From the NCBI GenBank assembly GCA_964019425.1, contig OZ025793.1:682001-746000 (forward strand): a stretch of 64,000 bases of DNA, in the 5' to 3' direction. The notes under the pieces are model-generated. The model did no database searches, was not told the origin of the DNA, and saw only the letters and a list, made by a program, of their open reading frames with translations. Of this stretch, positions 48,483 to 59,600 are shown piece after piece. Each line of letters begins with the position of its first letter. Within the stretch, counting starts at the first letter, position 1. The stretch comes from Flectonema sp. DT1601. Lineage: Eukaryota. The translations under genes were made by a program, and so were the position numbers.

Positions 48483-49370
48483 ATGACAATCGCAGGTGCG
48501 GATTTGGGAGAGGTGTGGAAGTCGTTCAAAATAGGGTTCGCAGCAGCAACGATTAGTAAGACTGTCGTAGCTCCTCTCGACAGAGTGAAAATCATTCTTC
48601 AAGTCCAAAACTGTCAAGATATGATAATGAGTGGTGAAGTAGCAAAGTACGAAGGGATTGCTCCAACTTTCAGAAGACTAATAACAGAACAAGGAGTCCC
48701 ATCATTGTGGAGAGGGTTCGTTCCAGAGGTGTTGCGTTTCGCTCCAACATTCGCATTTAACTTTTTATTCCTCGAACATTTTAGATCCTTCGTACCAAAC
48801 AAAGAAGAATCAGGGATACCACTACACGCTCTCTGTAATATACTCGCAGGTAGTGCTGCTGGTATCTCATCGCTAATACTCGTACACCCTTTTGATGTTA
48901 TGCGGACTCGTATAGCAGCTGATCAGGGTGTTGGGTACAGCAGAACCTACAGAGGAATGATTGACTGCGCTGGGAAAAGTTTGAAATTCGGAGGTGTTAC
49001 TGCCGGATTCTACGCAGGTTTTTGGGTGACGTGTCCGAGTATTTTTGTGAACAAGGGATTGTACTTAGGTCTCTTTGAAACCTCTCGATCAATTCGACCA
49101 TCAACTTCATTATTGGAATCCTGGGTAACTGCTCAACTAATAGTTCTCATTTCTTCATTCGTTACATATCCTCTTGACACAGTAAAAAGACGATTAATCT
49201 TACAGAATGGCTCCAGAGACCGCATGTACACTGGTGCACGTCAATGTCTCAGAAAGACTATTTCTGAAGAAGGAGTAAGAGGATTATTTAATGGAGCTTT
49301 AACTAACTCATTCAGAAGTGTTGGTTCAGCACTCACGTTAGTAGTCTATGATAGTATGACTAAGGCTTAA
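48483..49370 (+). CDS. Mitochondrial carrier, ADP/ATP translocase-like, 295 aa
   Basis: Three Px(D/E)xx(K/R) signatures (PLDRVK, PFDVMR, PLDTVK); SLWRG...LRFAPTFAFNF resembles AAC. Confidence 0.9.
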   Translation: MTIAGADLGEVWKSFKIGFAAATISKTVVAPLDRVKIILQVQNCQDMIMSGEVAKYEGIAPTFRRLITEQGVPSLWRGFVPEVLRFAPTFAFNFLFLEHFRSFVPNKEESGIPLHALCNILAGSAAGISSLILVHPFDVMRTRIAADQGVGYSRTYRGMIDCAGKSLKFGGVTAGFYAGFWVTCPSIFVNKGLYLGLFETSRSIRPSTSLLESWVTAQLIVLISSFVTYPLDTVKRRLILQNGSRDRMYTGARQCLRKTISEEGVRGLFNGALTNSFRSVGSALTLVVYDSMTKA

Positions 49371-49984
49371 ATAGCCTGACTGACTTGTTATAAAAAGAAG
49401 ATTCAGAAAGACTTCTCACAGTGAGTCTGGAAAACTAATTAGTTTGATTGATACGCGTGTGATCTAAAATGAGTACCACGATCTGAATTACGTTTACTCT
49501 TTAAATGCCGCACTACTTCTGATATTTGAGGATGATTTAGTTGAACGAATTCGAGTCAATTCGACGTAGTTGAGAACACTCTTCGTTCTCAGTTTTTGAT
49601 TTCAAATTAAGCAGTTGATCAGCTTTGATTGAGTTAGTGACACACTTTGACTGATGTCACTTGTTTTGGAGATATTTCGGAAGTAAATCAGATCAAAATC
49701 TGACTCACATCCCCTGCTGGGGGGGCGACCTTGTCAGTCGATAGTTTTCATCCGAATTATGAATCAGATCGCGGTGGTAACTCCTCACGTGAGGTTCTGC
49801 GTTCCTGTCTTCTTTTCTTGATGATGTTATCGACTTCTACTACAGCATAGTACTTAAAAATGGAACCAACCGTCAGCTTCCTTCAACAGAAGGCTCTAAC
49901 TAACCGTATTATAACTACGTATACCTTATTGTAATATTCTACTTTAAAACACCAATAGGACTAAATGATAATTATCTGAAAGAA

Positions 49985-52900
49985 ATGACGAGGATACCTC
50001 CTCTGCACACAACTGGATTGGGCAACAGGAAAGCTTCAAGAACATGGATCGTTGGACTTCGAGAACGTGCTGAAGTAACAAGAGATGATATTGCTGCGAA
50101 ATTACATCGACTTCACGTTCGGTTGGGTGACATGATAAAAGAAGCAAAAAAACTGAAATCGGACTTCGTGTCGTATACAAATAAGCAATATGCTCTCGAA
50201 TGTGGTGCCAACAAGTGGGTAAATTTACACAGCTCAGGACTGCCTTTTGATGAACTGCTAGACATTAAAATACTTTTTGAATGCTCTCACATCCACGACG
50301 GACAACCAGGGTTTGCGGAGTCGGGTTTTGTTGAACATTTTGCTCCGATATTTTGTCATTCGAAAGACCCGACTCAGATAAAGATTTGGTTTGTTTCAAT
50401 TGATCAAGATGCTAATGGTTGTATCGATTGGGATGAGTTTAGCAGTTATCTTATGAAAACTCAGTACAACGCTGATCGTGAAAAACAAGTATCATACATC
50501 ACTAGAGGAGTAGAACCGGAAAGCTCTCCCGCACAATCAAATATTAATAATATTTCTCATAATCCATTATTAAGAGAATACTACACTTCTTCTTCTGATG
50601 GAACAGTTCGTATTTGGGATTCAGTAAACCTCCAAGACAGAGGAATATTCCATTATGGTGATGGAAATATCGTAAACGGACTTCACTTTCTTCCATCTTC
50701 AAATCGACTTGTCGTTGGTCAGTTCGATCGACTCATATTTATGTATCATTGCGGTAATAGAACAGGTTCAAAAACTGGTCCTCGTCTTCAGAGAGCATTC
50801 AGAGGACAGACAGTCACAGCAGGTGTGTTATTTATAAGTTGAGTTCTTTTATATTATTTCAAACAAGAAAGACAACACTTCTGATAATAAAATAACAGGT
50901 AATCGCGGTAAACACAATCGAATACTTAGAACTTGTGAATACAACCCAGACTCAAGTATTATGGAGAGCGCTGATGGAATGCAATTTAGTAAAGCAGGAA
51001 GTGACAGAAAGAGAAAAGTTGGAAAACATTACATCGACGTCGTACTAATGGACGACTTAAATCGTAATGTGCTCAGCATGGAAGCACTTCACTCAGTTAG
51101 TAACGACAGGTACAAAGATCCCTTCATAATGGGATTAGAAGATGGTTATATTCAAATGTACAACTTATCTTTACGAGGTGATGATTCAAGTAGTGATCAA
51201 TCGAGTAATATTACTGTTAAACACTTAGAAGCTGGATCACATGTTAGATGTGTTGAAAAGTGGAGACCACATACTGATTGGGTTACACACATGCTCGCAG
51301 CTCCTCAGTTACAAGGATTTATTTCAGCTTCTCTAGATAACAGTATTCAAGTTCTCGATATGACGAAAGGGAAGTCGTATCTCAGAATGGAAAATGAACA
51401 AAATGATATTTCCGATTCATCTCGCCGTGGCGTTCACAACTTCGACTACTCTCCCGAACGCAACCTTCTCTGTAGCTGCGGCATATCTCGTGAGGCAACT
51501 GTTTGGAATCCGAAGGCTCGTCAGAAGATGTGTACCCTCACTGATCACCGCGCCAGTCTCATTAGCGTGAAATTCATTGACCGCGTATCACAACTAATCA
51601 CTATGTCTGAGGATAAGATTGTTAAAGTTTGGGACGTACGCACTTTCCGATGCATACAAACACTTACGGACAAGGAACGGAGGTTCCCGGAAGATAAGTT
51701 TACCGGTATGTACACCAACACCGTTACTCGGATGTATTCATTTAGTAAAAGAGGGGGAAAACAAAACCAAAAAACAGCCATGACATACGACCCTACTCAC
51801 GATGCGATTGTCACTTGTGCTGGAACACCAGTAGTGTGGCGGGAAGTGAATACTCAGGCAAAGTTGGAAACTGGATCTGCGTGGCACAACAACTACGAAG
51901 GACATCTTTCACCAATTGTAGCCTGTATGTATAATAAAAGAATGCGACAGTTGGTTACTACAGATGACCAAATAATTAATGTTTGGGATATCCGCTCAGG
52001 AGAATGTTTACGAAAGTGGAGTCCCTTTTCTGACAACACAGGTCGTAAGATAACTGCTGTTTGCTTTGATTATGATCAAAGAAGATTACTAACTGGATGT
52101 GATGATGGCACTGTTGAGATGTGGTCGTTGGATGGAAAACGACTCAAAATATTCGATCGAGAACACAAAAAGCCATACGAAATCTCTTCACTTCAATACA
52201 TTGTAACCCATGAAGAAACTAGCCAATCACAGTCATATGTTGCTTCTGCTGGATTCAGTACAAACATATACCTCTGGCCTGATCATCTAATCGCTCCATC
52301 ACTACATCGAATAGCAGTTGGAAAAGGAGCAATAAAACTATCAACACACGGAAGTCACGTATATTCAATGACATTCAGTCCTCCTAATAAACTCGCACTG
52401 GGAACAGCCTCTGGTAGTATCGTACTTTATAATTTAAATAACTTATCACTGATGTCGATCAACAAGAGTGATATTGGAAGCTCTTTTCGAACGTTAAAAC
52501 CCAGAGTAGAAAGAGATCAGGAGGAGGTATCTATCGAGGACTTGCCGCTTGAATCAAAAGATGGAAATCCTAAAGTGAAATTGTTGGATTCGTCTGAATG
52601 TGAGCGACCGAATTCTCAAAAAAAGATAACTAAAACTAGTAACGAAAGAAGTAGGATATCTACCTGTTGTATAAATGTTCCTTCTGCTGTTGAAGATATA
52701 TTTAGTCTCCCAAACTCTTTAAGTTCGTCACCGTATTCACGAAGTACGAAGAGACGATCTCGTGAGCCCATTGTCTGTTCTGAAATTCTGAAGAAGTCTA
52801 TCGTCTGTCCTAACAACAATCTCAATAGTACCACAGCCATCAACAGGAATAGTTACAGAAATAGTAAGGTCAATATCGACAGTTGTAATAAAAGTAATAA

Positions 52901-55004
52901 TGACGCCCATCCTTCAACTGGTCCTGTCAAAAGTGTGACATCTGATAAATCTTTAAAAAAGGTATCAAAACTTGACGAGACTGCTCCCAACATCAACGAA
53001 GGCAATCACTCCGTCTTAGCGAGTCCCGCTGAGGACATGTTGGTGTCACAAGGTTTAGATGAATTAATTTCTAGTGTCGCAGAGAAACTTACTTCTGACT
53101 TCCATGAGAGCGGAGGTATTGACAGCGAAAGGTCACATGTCGCGGAAACTAAACCTTCAGAGAAGTGTTCTTCAACACCAAACTCAAAGTCCTGTGACAA
53201 TCTGTGTGATGTATCTGAACAACCAGCTGAGGTATCTGATTCTAATAAAGAACAGCAACCTCAACAAGATATCAAAACTACTCTGAAGGATTCTTTGTTT
53301 TCTTCTTGTGAGATGGAACAAACAGAGCTACCCTCAATCAATGAGAAGTATGAGAGAACGATTACCAGCAGTAAATCAGTTAAAAGTGATGTCGTTAATG
53401 GAGAAGAAGGAGTCCCTCAGACATCACCAGAGAGTCTCCAGTCTGAAATAACAACGAAGACTTGTGAAGTATCGCAATCAAGGAACGAATCGAGCGGCTA
53501 TTTGAAGTCGGCTGTTCGACGATCTGTTTTTTCTGATGAGCTAGAGTCGCATCCGCAAACGCCGTCATCGGTGGCAGCCCCAGGCGAAGTGAAGTCGAAG
53601 TGGGGTGACTTTCCAAATATGCAAACCCCACAACCCTCAGCTCCTTACAGCCCTGCTAAGAAACAAATTCTAACAGCAGTTCAGAGAGAGAATGAGATAT
53701 CTGGAGCAACGCGTTTCACCCGTTTCAGAGCGGGTGTGCAGATGAAGCTGTTGGCGGTAACTGAAGCTCTGGCTTACTTATCGCCTGAAATAATTATAAC
53801 TCTTCACGGTGATGGGGATGCTTTAGTTTGGAGGCTTAAAGACGGTTACTTTTTAGAAATTGTTGCCTGTTTTCCCGCATCATACTCACCTGGAGAGGTT
53901 GCGTATGTTATTGATGTGGATCGAAGTGAGGGACTCGTTTATGTTGGAGATGGCTCAGCGATGATAAGTATTTTTGATGTTAGAAAATGCCTAGTTGAGC
54001 TCTCTACTAAAGTCCCTTCGTCAACAACCGAAAGTGGTTCTCGTACAGCTCATCGCGGACCATCAGGTAGGATTTATCATAATCGTTGTCAGATACGACT
54101 GACTCGCTGTATTGATTTGGGAATCTCAGGAGTACTAACGCAAATGCAGGTATTACAACACTCACCTGTTATTATTATATCTTGTAATGACTGCACTATT
54201 AGTCTTTTAAATAAACAAACCGGGATGACTCTCGCACGGTTTGGTTCAGTTCGCGAGTACGCTGATTCGTGGCCGGTAGGTCTCCCACAGACTGCGTTAA
54301 TGGGACCTCATCCTGTTGAGATTCCGATACATAAAAAGCAGCGAAACGAAAAACATCGTTTTGGACTTGTTTTTCCAAATGACTACGACGTTACGGAAGT
54401 TGTACAGTCGCTGAGTGAGTTAGCGGAAGTAGTTGCTGGCCCGCAAGCATCAACAGACTTTGCGGTTCTTCAGGAGAACAACAGCAGCGGTGATTTTAAC
54501 AGCTCCGGAGGTATATTTGGAAGCAAAAAGAATTCAACTTTAAAGAGCAGTGCTGACAATACAGAGGCTTCCAACAAGTCAAACCGACCAACTAATGACA
54601 AGGGAAAGTCTCCCCCAAAAGGAATGCTTCCCGCCATCTCAAGCAGTCGGTCTTTACGAAGTGATTTACTCATTTCAGAAGATGACGTTAAGACGAATAC
54701 TTTAATGTATCAGAGGTACTGTTGGAACCATGGAGCTGAGAGAATGCTGCAACGGAAATCTTCGATAATTCCAATCACGAAAGGAAGTAATGAAATAGAA
54801 GCACAACTTAAGAACGTTCAGCAGCGCAGGAGAAACGTCAGGGTTTCTGGAATGCAATTTGCATGCACAACAGTTAGACGATTAAAACAAGTTGAGAAGC
54901 CAACTTTTTGTGTTCCCAGAGTCAACCAACAGTGTACCTGCGCACACTGTCGTCTCAATCGGGTAAGAGAACCGGAATCGGACACGCTTCCATCCTTCAC
55001 TTAA
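49985..55004 (+). CDS. EF-hand + WD40 repeat protein (WDR49/EFCAB8-like architecture), ~1,623 aa, 3 exons
   Basis: Exons 49985-50822, 50899-51705, 51778-55004; EF-hand IDQDANGCIDWDEFSSYL; WD repeats (DGTVRIWD, DKIVKVWD, INVWD, DGTVEMWS). Confidence 0.85.
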
Positions 55005-55110
55005 ATTACTGCCCTGAATTACTATTTTTTATTCTCTTCTGAGTTTTATATTTATGATATCACTTACACATTGTTTCTGAGACACTAATTAGTTTATTTA
55101 TTTTGGTTCT

Positions 55111-55142
<32 letters not shown>

Positions 55143-55352
55143 TTCTTCTCATTAATGTCCCTTTTCGAATCGATCTTTAAAAGAATATAATAATAAAACA
55201 ATAGAATTCACAAGTGTGGTAGTTTGGGTTTGTTTTTTAATGTTGCTTCTCCTCCTTACAGGTTAATGACAGATGAACGTATGCGAGACAGGAGGAGAAA
55301 TAATTTTAACTTTTTTTCAAAACCAGTTTTTCGATTAGGGAAGAAGAAAAAA

Positions 55353-56282
55353 ATGCAACCAAGCGGATTAAAGCGAGACATGGTTGGCTATGCTAACAAA
55401 CCACCCCAGTTTACATGGCCTGGGGGTGCTAAAGTCGCTGTTCAATTTGTATTGAATTATGAAGAAGGAGGTGAGAATTGCACTCTAAATGGAGACTCTG
55501 GAAGCGAAACATACATATCAGAGATACCCGGAGTTGAGAAGGTCATCAACGGAAGGAATGAAGTAATGGAAAGTTTGTACGAGTACGGCAGCAGATCTGG
55601 TTTCTGGAGACTGCATCATTTATTTAAAACTACTAAAACACCTTTGACAGTATTTGCTGTCACTAGCGCCTTAGAACAGAATCCATCCGCTTCAATGAAA
55701 ATGAAGGAACTTGAAGAATCTGGTGAATGGGAAATAGCTACTCACAGCTATCGTTGGATTGACTACAATACTTCACCAAACCCTGAAGCTGATGATATAA
55801 AGAAAGCCTTTGAAAAGCACACAGAGATACTTGGACGTCCTCCAAGAGGATTCTACTGTGGTCGAGTAAGTTCCAACACCTTTGATCTGAGTACCGATCT
55901 TGGAAAGTCGCACCTAACTTACAACAGTGACAGTTATGCCGATGATATTCCGTATTTTAGACTAAATAGTGAGGGTGATAAGATTCTCGTTATTCCTTAT
56001 TCCCTAGACTGTAATGATATGAAGTTCGCAAACAACTACTTCACCACTGCTAATGATTTCTTTACTTACCTAAAAGATTCAGTTGATTCTCTTATTCTTG
56101 AGGCTAACGAAGGTTGTGGTTGTAAAATGATGAGCATTGGTCTCCACTGTCGAATTATTGGTCGACCTGGTAGAGTCAAAGGTCTTCGTGATTTTATTAA
56201 TTATTTGAAAACACTTGGCGATGATGTTTGGGTCTGCCGACGTGTTGACATCGCTGATTTCTGGAAGGAAAACAATCTCTAG
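55353..56282 (+). CDS. puuE: PuuE-type allantoinase / polysaccharide deacetylase (CE4) family protein, ~309 aa
   Basis: RDMVGY...WPGGAKVAVQFVLNYEEGGE, ESLYEYGSRSGFWRL, DSYADDIPY, IPYSLDCNDMKF, KMMSIGLHCRIIGRPGR. Confidence 0.9.
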   Translation: MQPSGLKRDMVGYANKPPQFTWPGGAKVAVQFVLNYEEGGENCTLNGDSGSETYISEIPGVEKVINGRNEVMESLYEYGSRSGFWRLHHLFKTTKTPLTVFAVTSALEQNPSASMKMKELEESGEWEIATHSYRWIDYNTSPNPEADDIKKAFEKHTEILGRPPRGFYCGRVSSNTFDLSTDLGKSHLTYNSDSYADDIPYFRLNSEGDKILVIPYSLDCNDMKFANNYFTTANDFFTYLKDSVDSLILEANEGCGCKMMSIGLHCRIIGRPGRVKGLRDFINYLKTLGDDVWVCRRVDIADFWKENNL

Positions 56283-56356
56283 AATTATAACTTCAGAATA
56301 CTGTTAAACTACTAAGTCAGGTTGATAGAGTTAGCGTTAGTAAGTACAAAAATACC

Positions 56357-56566
56357 ATTTTGTATTAAATTTCAAAGAAGGTAGTGAGACTCTGGAAGCG
56401 AAACATACATATCAGAGATAACCTAAGCCGGAGTTGAGAAGGTCGTCAACGGAAGGAATGAAAGTAATGGAAAGTTTGTACCAGTACGGCAGCAGATCTG
56501 GTTTCTGGAGACTACGTTCATTTATTTAAAACTACCAAAACACTTTTGACAGTATTTGCTGTCACT
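56357..56566 (+). pseudogene. Decayed fragment of the puuE coding sequence (copy A)
   Basis: Matches ~55445-55664 with small indels and an internal deletion. Confidence 0.9.
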
Positions 56567-56675
56567 GTATTCGATACTTACATTACGATATGTTGATTGG
56601 AATATTATTGGTGAATTCCCTTGTTGCTTTCCCTTATTATTTTCACTAAACAGTTTGCTTCTTAAAACACGAAAC

Positions 56676-59600
56676 ATGATTAAGGAAGGAATTCCACTGT
56701 TGCTGCTGTCACTCGCTCGTGGAGCTGATTGTTTTCAGAACCCCACCAGTGCTGCGTATGTCGAGAACTGGAAAACCTGCCCGACTGCTGATCAGACCGA
56801 CGGGTTCAAGACGCTGTTGATCTCCTCTGCGGTAACTTATGACGGATCACCCGGTATGAACAGCTGTAACACTCAATGTGAGATCGGGAGTCCGGTTCCG
56901 GTTTGCGACAACCAAGCAAACGCAATGCTGGTATCGCAGTGGCAGTCAGATGGAAAGAAAGTCATCTTGGAGTTCGGTGATGGCGGAATGGACGGTTCCG
57001 GTTCGCAACGGAACGGTGGCGGCAGCAGCACCACTGGCAACGACTGCTGGGAATATTGTTTTGGAAAGGAAGGGTTTGTAGCCAAGCAACTTATTGATAT
57101 CGTACTCAATCAGGGATTTGATGGAATTGACGTCGACTTCAATTACCAGTCGTCGGATCCCCGAAAAAATGCGAAGGGACAGTTTTTCCTGCACGGCCTG
57201 ACGCAGAAGCTTCTGCAACAGCTTCCTGCAGACAAGGAGCTCTCACACGGCATGTTGGCGAAGCCGTTCCCTGCACCGACCAATCCGACGACACCGTCTG
57301 GGCCTTCGATTAATCGTTGGAGAAGACCTCCTTCACGGAGAACCCCTCCTTCACGGAGAACCCGACCTGGTAAGCCCGGCTGCAAGCCGACTCCGCCGCC
57401 ATGCACACCTCGCCCGCCATACACACCTCGCCCGCCATACACACCACCACCTCAGCCTCCAAAGCCAACAGCTGTGCCGACATCCGTACCAACAGCTGTG
57501 CCGACATCTGTGCCAACAGCTGTACCAACTTCTGTGCCAATTGTACCGACATCCGTGCCAACAGCTGTACCAACTTCTGTGCCAATTGTACCGACATCCG
57601 TACCGACAGCTGTTCCAACTTCTGTGCCAATTGTACCGACATCCGTACCGACAGCTGTGCCAACATCCGTACCAATTGTACCGACATCCGTGCCAACAGC
57701 TGTACCAACTTCTGTGCCAATTGTACCGACATCCGTGCCAACAGCTGTGCCAACAGCTGTGCCAACATCTGTGCCAATTGTACCAACAGCTGTGCCAACT
57801 GTACCAACACCGCAGCCGGAAGGAGAAACGCCAACTCCACAACCCAGCCAGCCAACGCCAACTCCACCCGGCCAGCCAACGCCAACTCCACCAGGCCAAT
57901 CAACGCCAACTCCACCAGGCCAATCAACGCCAACTCCACCCGGCCAGCCAACTCCAACTCCACCCGGCCAGTCAACACCAACTCCACCCGGCCAGCCAAC
58001 TCCAACTCCACCCGGCCAGCCAACGCCAACTCCACAACCTGAAGATGGCAGTCAGCCAACGCCAACACCGCAGCCAGAAGGAGAAACGCCAACTCCACCC
58101 GGCCAGCCAACACCACAACCTGAAGATGGCAGCCAGCCAACGCCAACACCGCAGCCGGAAGGAGAATCACCAACACCGCAGCCTGAAGAAGGAGGTGGAC
58201 CAACTCCCCAGCCAGAAGGCGAATCACCAACACCGCAACCTGAAGAAGGAGGTGGGCCAACTCCCCAGCCAGAAGGTGAATCACCAACACCGCAGCCTGA
58301 AGAAGGAGGTGGGCCAACTCCCCAGCCAGAAGGTGAATCACCAACACCGCAGCCTGAAGAAGGAGGTGGGCCAACTCCCCAGCCAGAAGGCGAATCACCA
58401 ACTCCGCAACCCGAAGAAGGAGGTGGGCCAACTCCACAACCTGAAGGAGAAGAAGGTGGCGGACCTACTCCACAACCTGAAGGAGAAGAAGGTGGCGGAC
58501 CTACTCCACAACCTGAAGGAGAAGAAGGTGGCGGACCAACTCCACAACCTGAAGGAGAAGAAGGTGGCGGACCAACTCCACAACCTGAAGGAGAAGAAGG
58601 TGGCGGACCTACTCCACAACCTGAAGGAGAAGAAGGTGGCGGACCTACTCCACAACCTGAAGGAGAAGAAGGTGGCGGACCAACTCCACAACCTGAAGGA
58701 GAAGAAGGTGGCGGACCAACTCCACAACCTGAAGGAGAAGAAGGTGGCGGACCGACTCCACAACCTGAAGGAGAAGAAGGTGGCGGACCGACTCCACAAC
58801 CTGAAGGAGAAGAAGGTGGCGGACCAACTCCACAACCTGAAGGAGAAGAGGGTGGTGAATCACCAACACCGCAGCCTGAAGGAGAAGAAGGTGGCGGCGA
58901 ACCTACCCCCCAACCTGATGAAGAAGGCGAAGAAGGTGGACCGACTCCGCAACCAGAAGAAGGAGGGGAAGGACCAGGAGAAGGAGGGGAAGGACCATTT
59001 CCGGGAGAAGGGGGCGAAGGAGAACAAATCAACGCCTGCGGTGAGACTATCTCGGAGTGGGGAAGTTGCATTGCCGCACCGCACTGCTGCTCTGACGGTC
59101 TGAAGTGTTTTCAGAGAAGCGCGGGATCGGCTAGATGTGCAAAAGCTTGTGAAGGCGAGGCTTGCAGGGAATTCGGAAGTAGCGAGCCTCCAGTGTCGGG
59201 GGGAGAGCTGGGGGAGAAGGCACCTGTTTGCGGAAATTGCGAAAGCGGGAAGAAGGGAGGTGTGTACTGTACGAGTAGGGGAAAGGGTGCAAAGAACACG
59301 TGCAGTGCGATCCCGAAGTCGGGTACCTGTCCTGCTGGGAAGACGAAATGCTTTGGTAGTGCGAGCGAGGCGTCTAGAGCGAGAAAGTTGGTGCGGTTGG
59401 TGTTGAGAAGGGGAATTGATTCCTTTGCGAAGACGCAATTCGGAAACATGCTGCAGGGGTTATTTAATCCTGAGGTTCAGATATCGTTCAAATTCATCTG
59501 CCCGAGCAGCGCCTGTCCACAAGGGAGCTGTGGTGGTGCTTCGGTTGGAGATTCTTCGACGTGCTTGAAGCTTGACGGCACGGATTCGAGGAGGGCTGCT

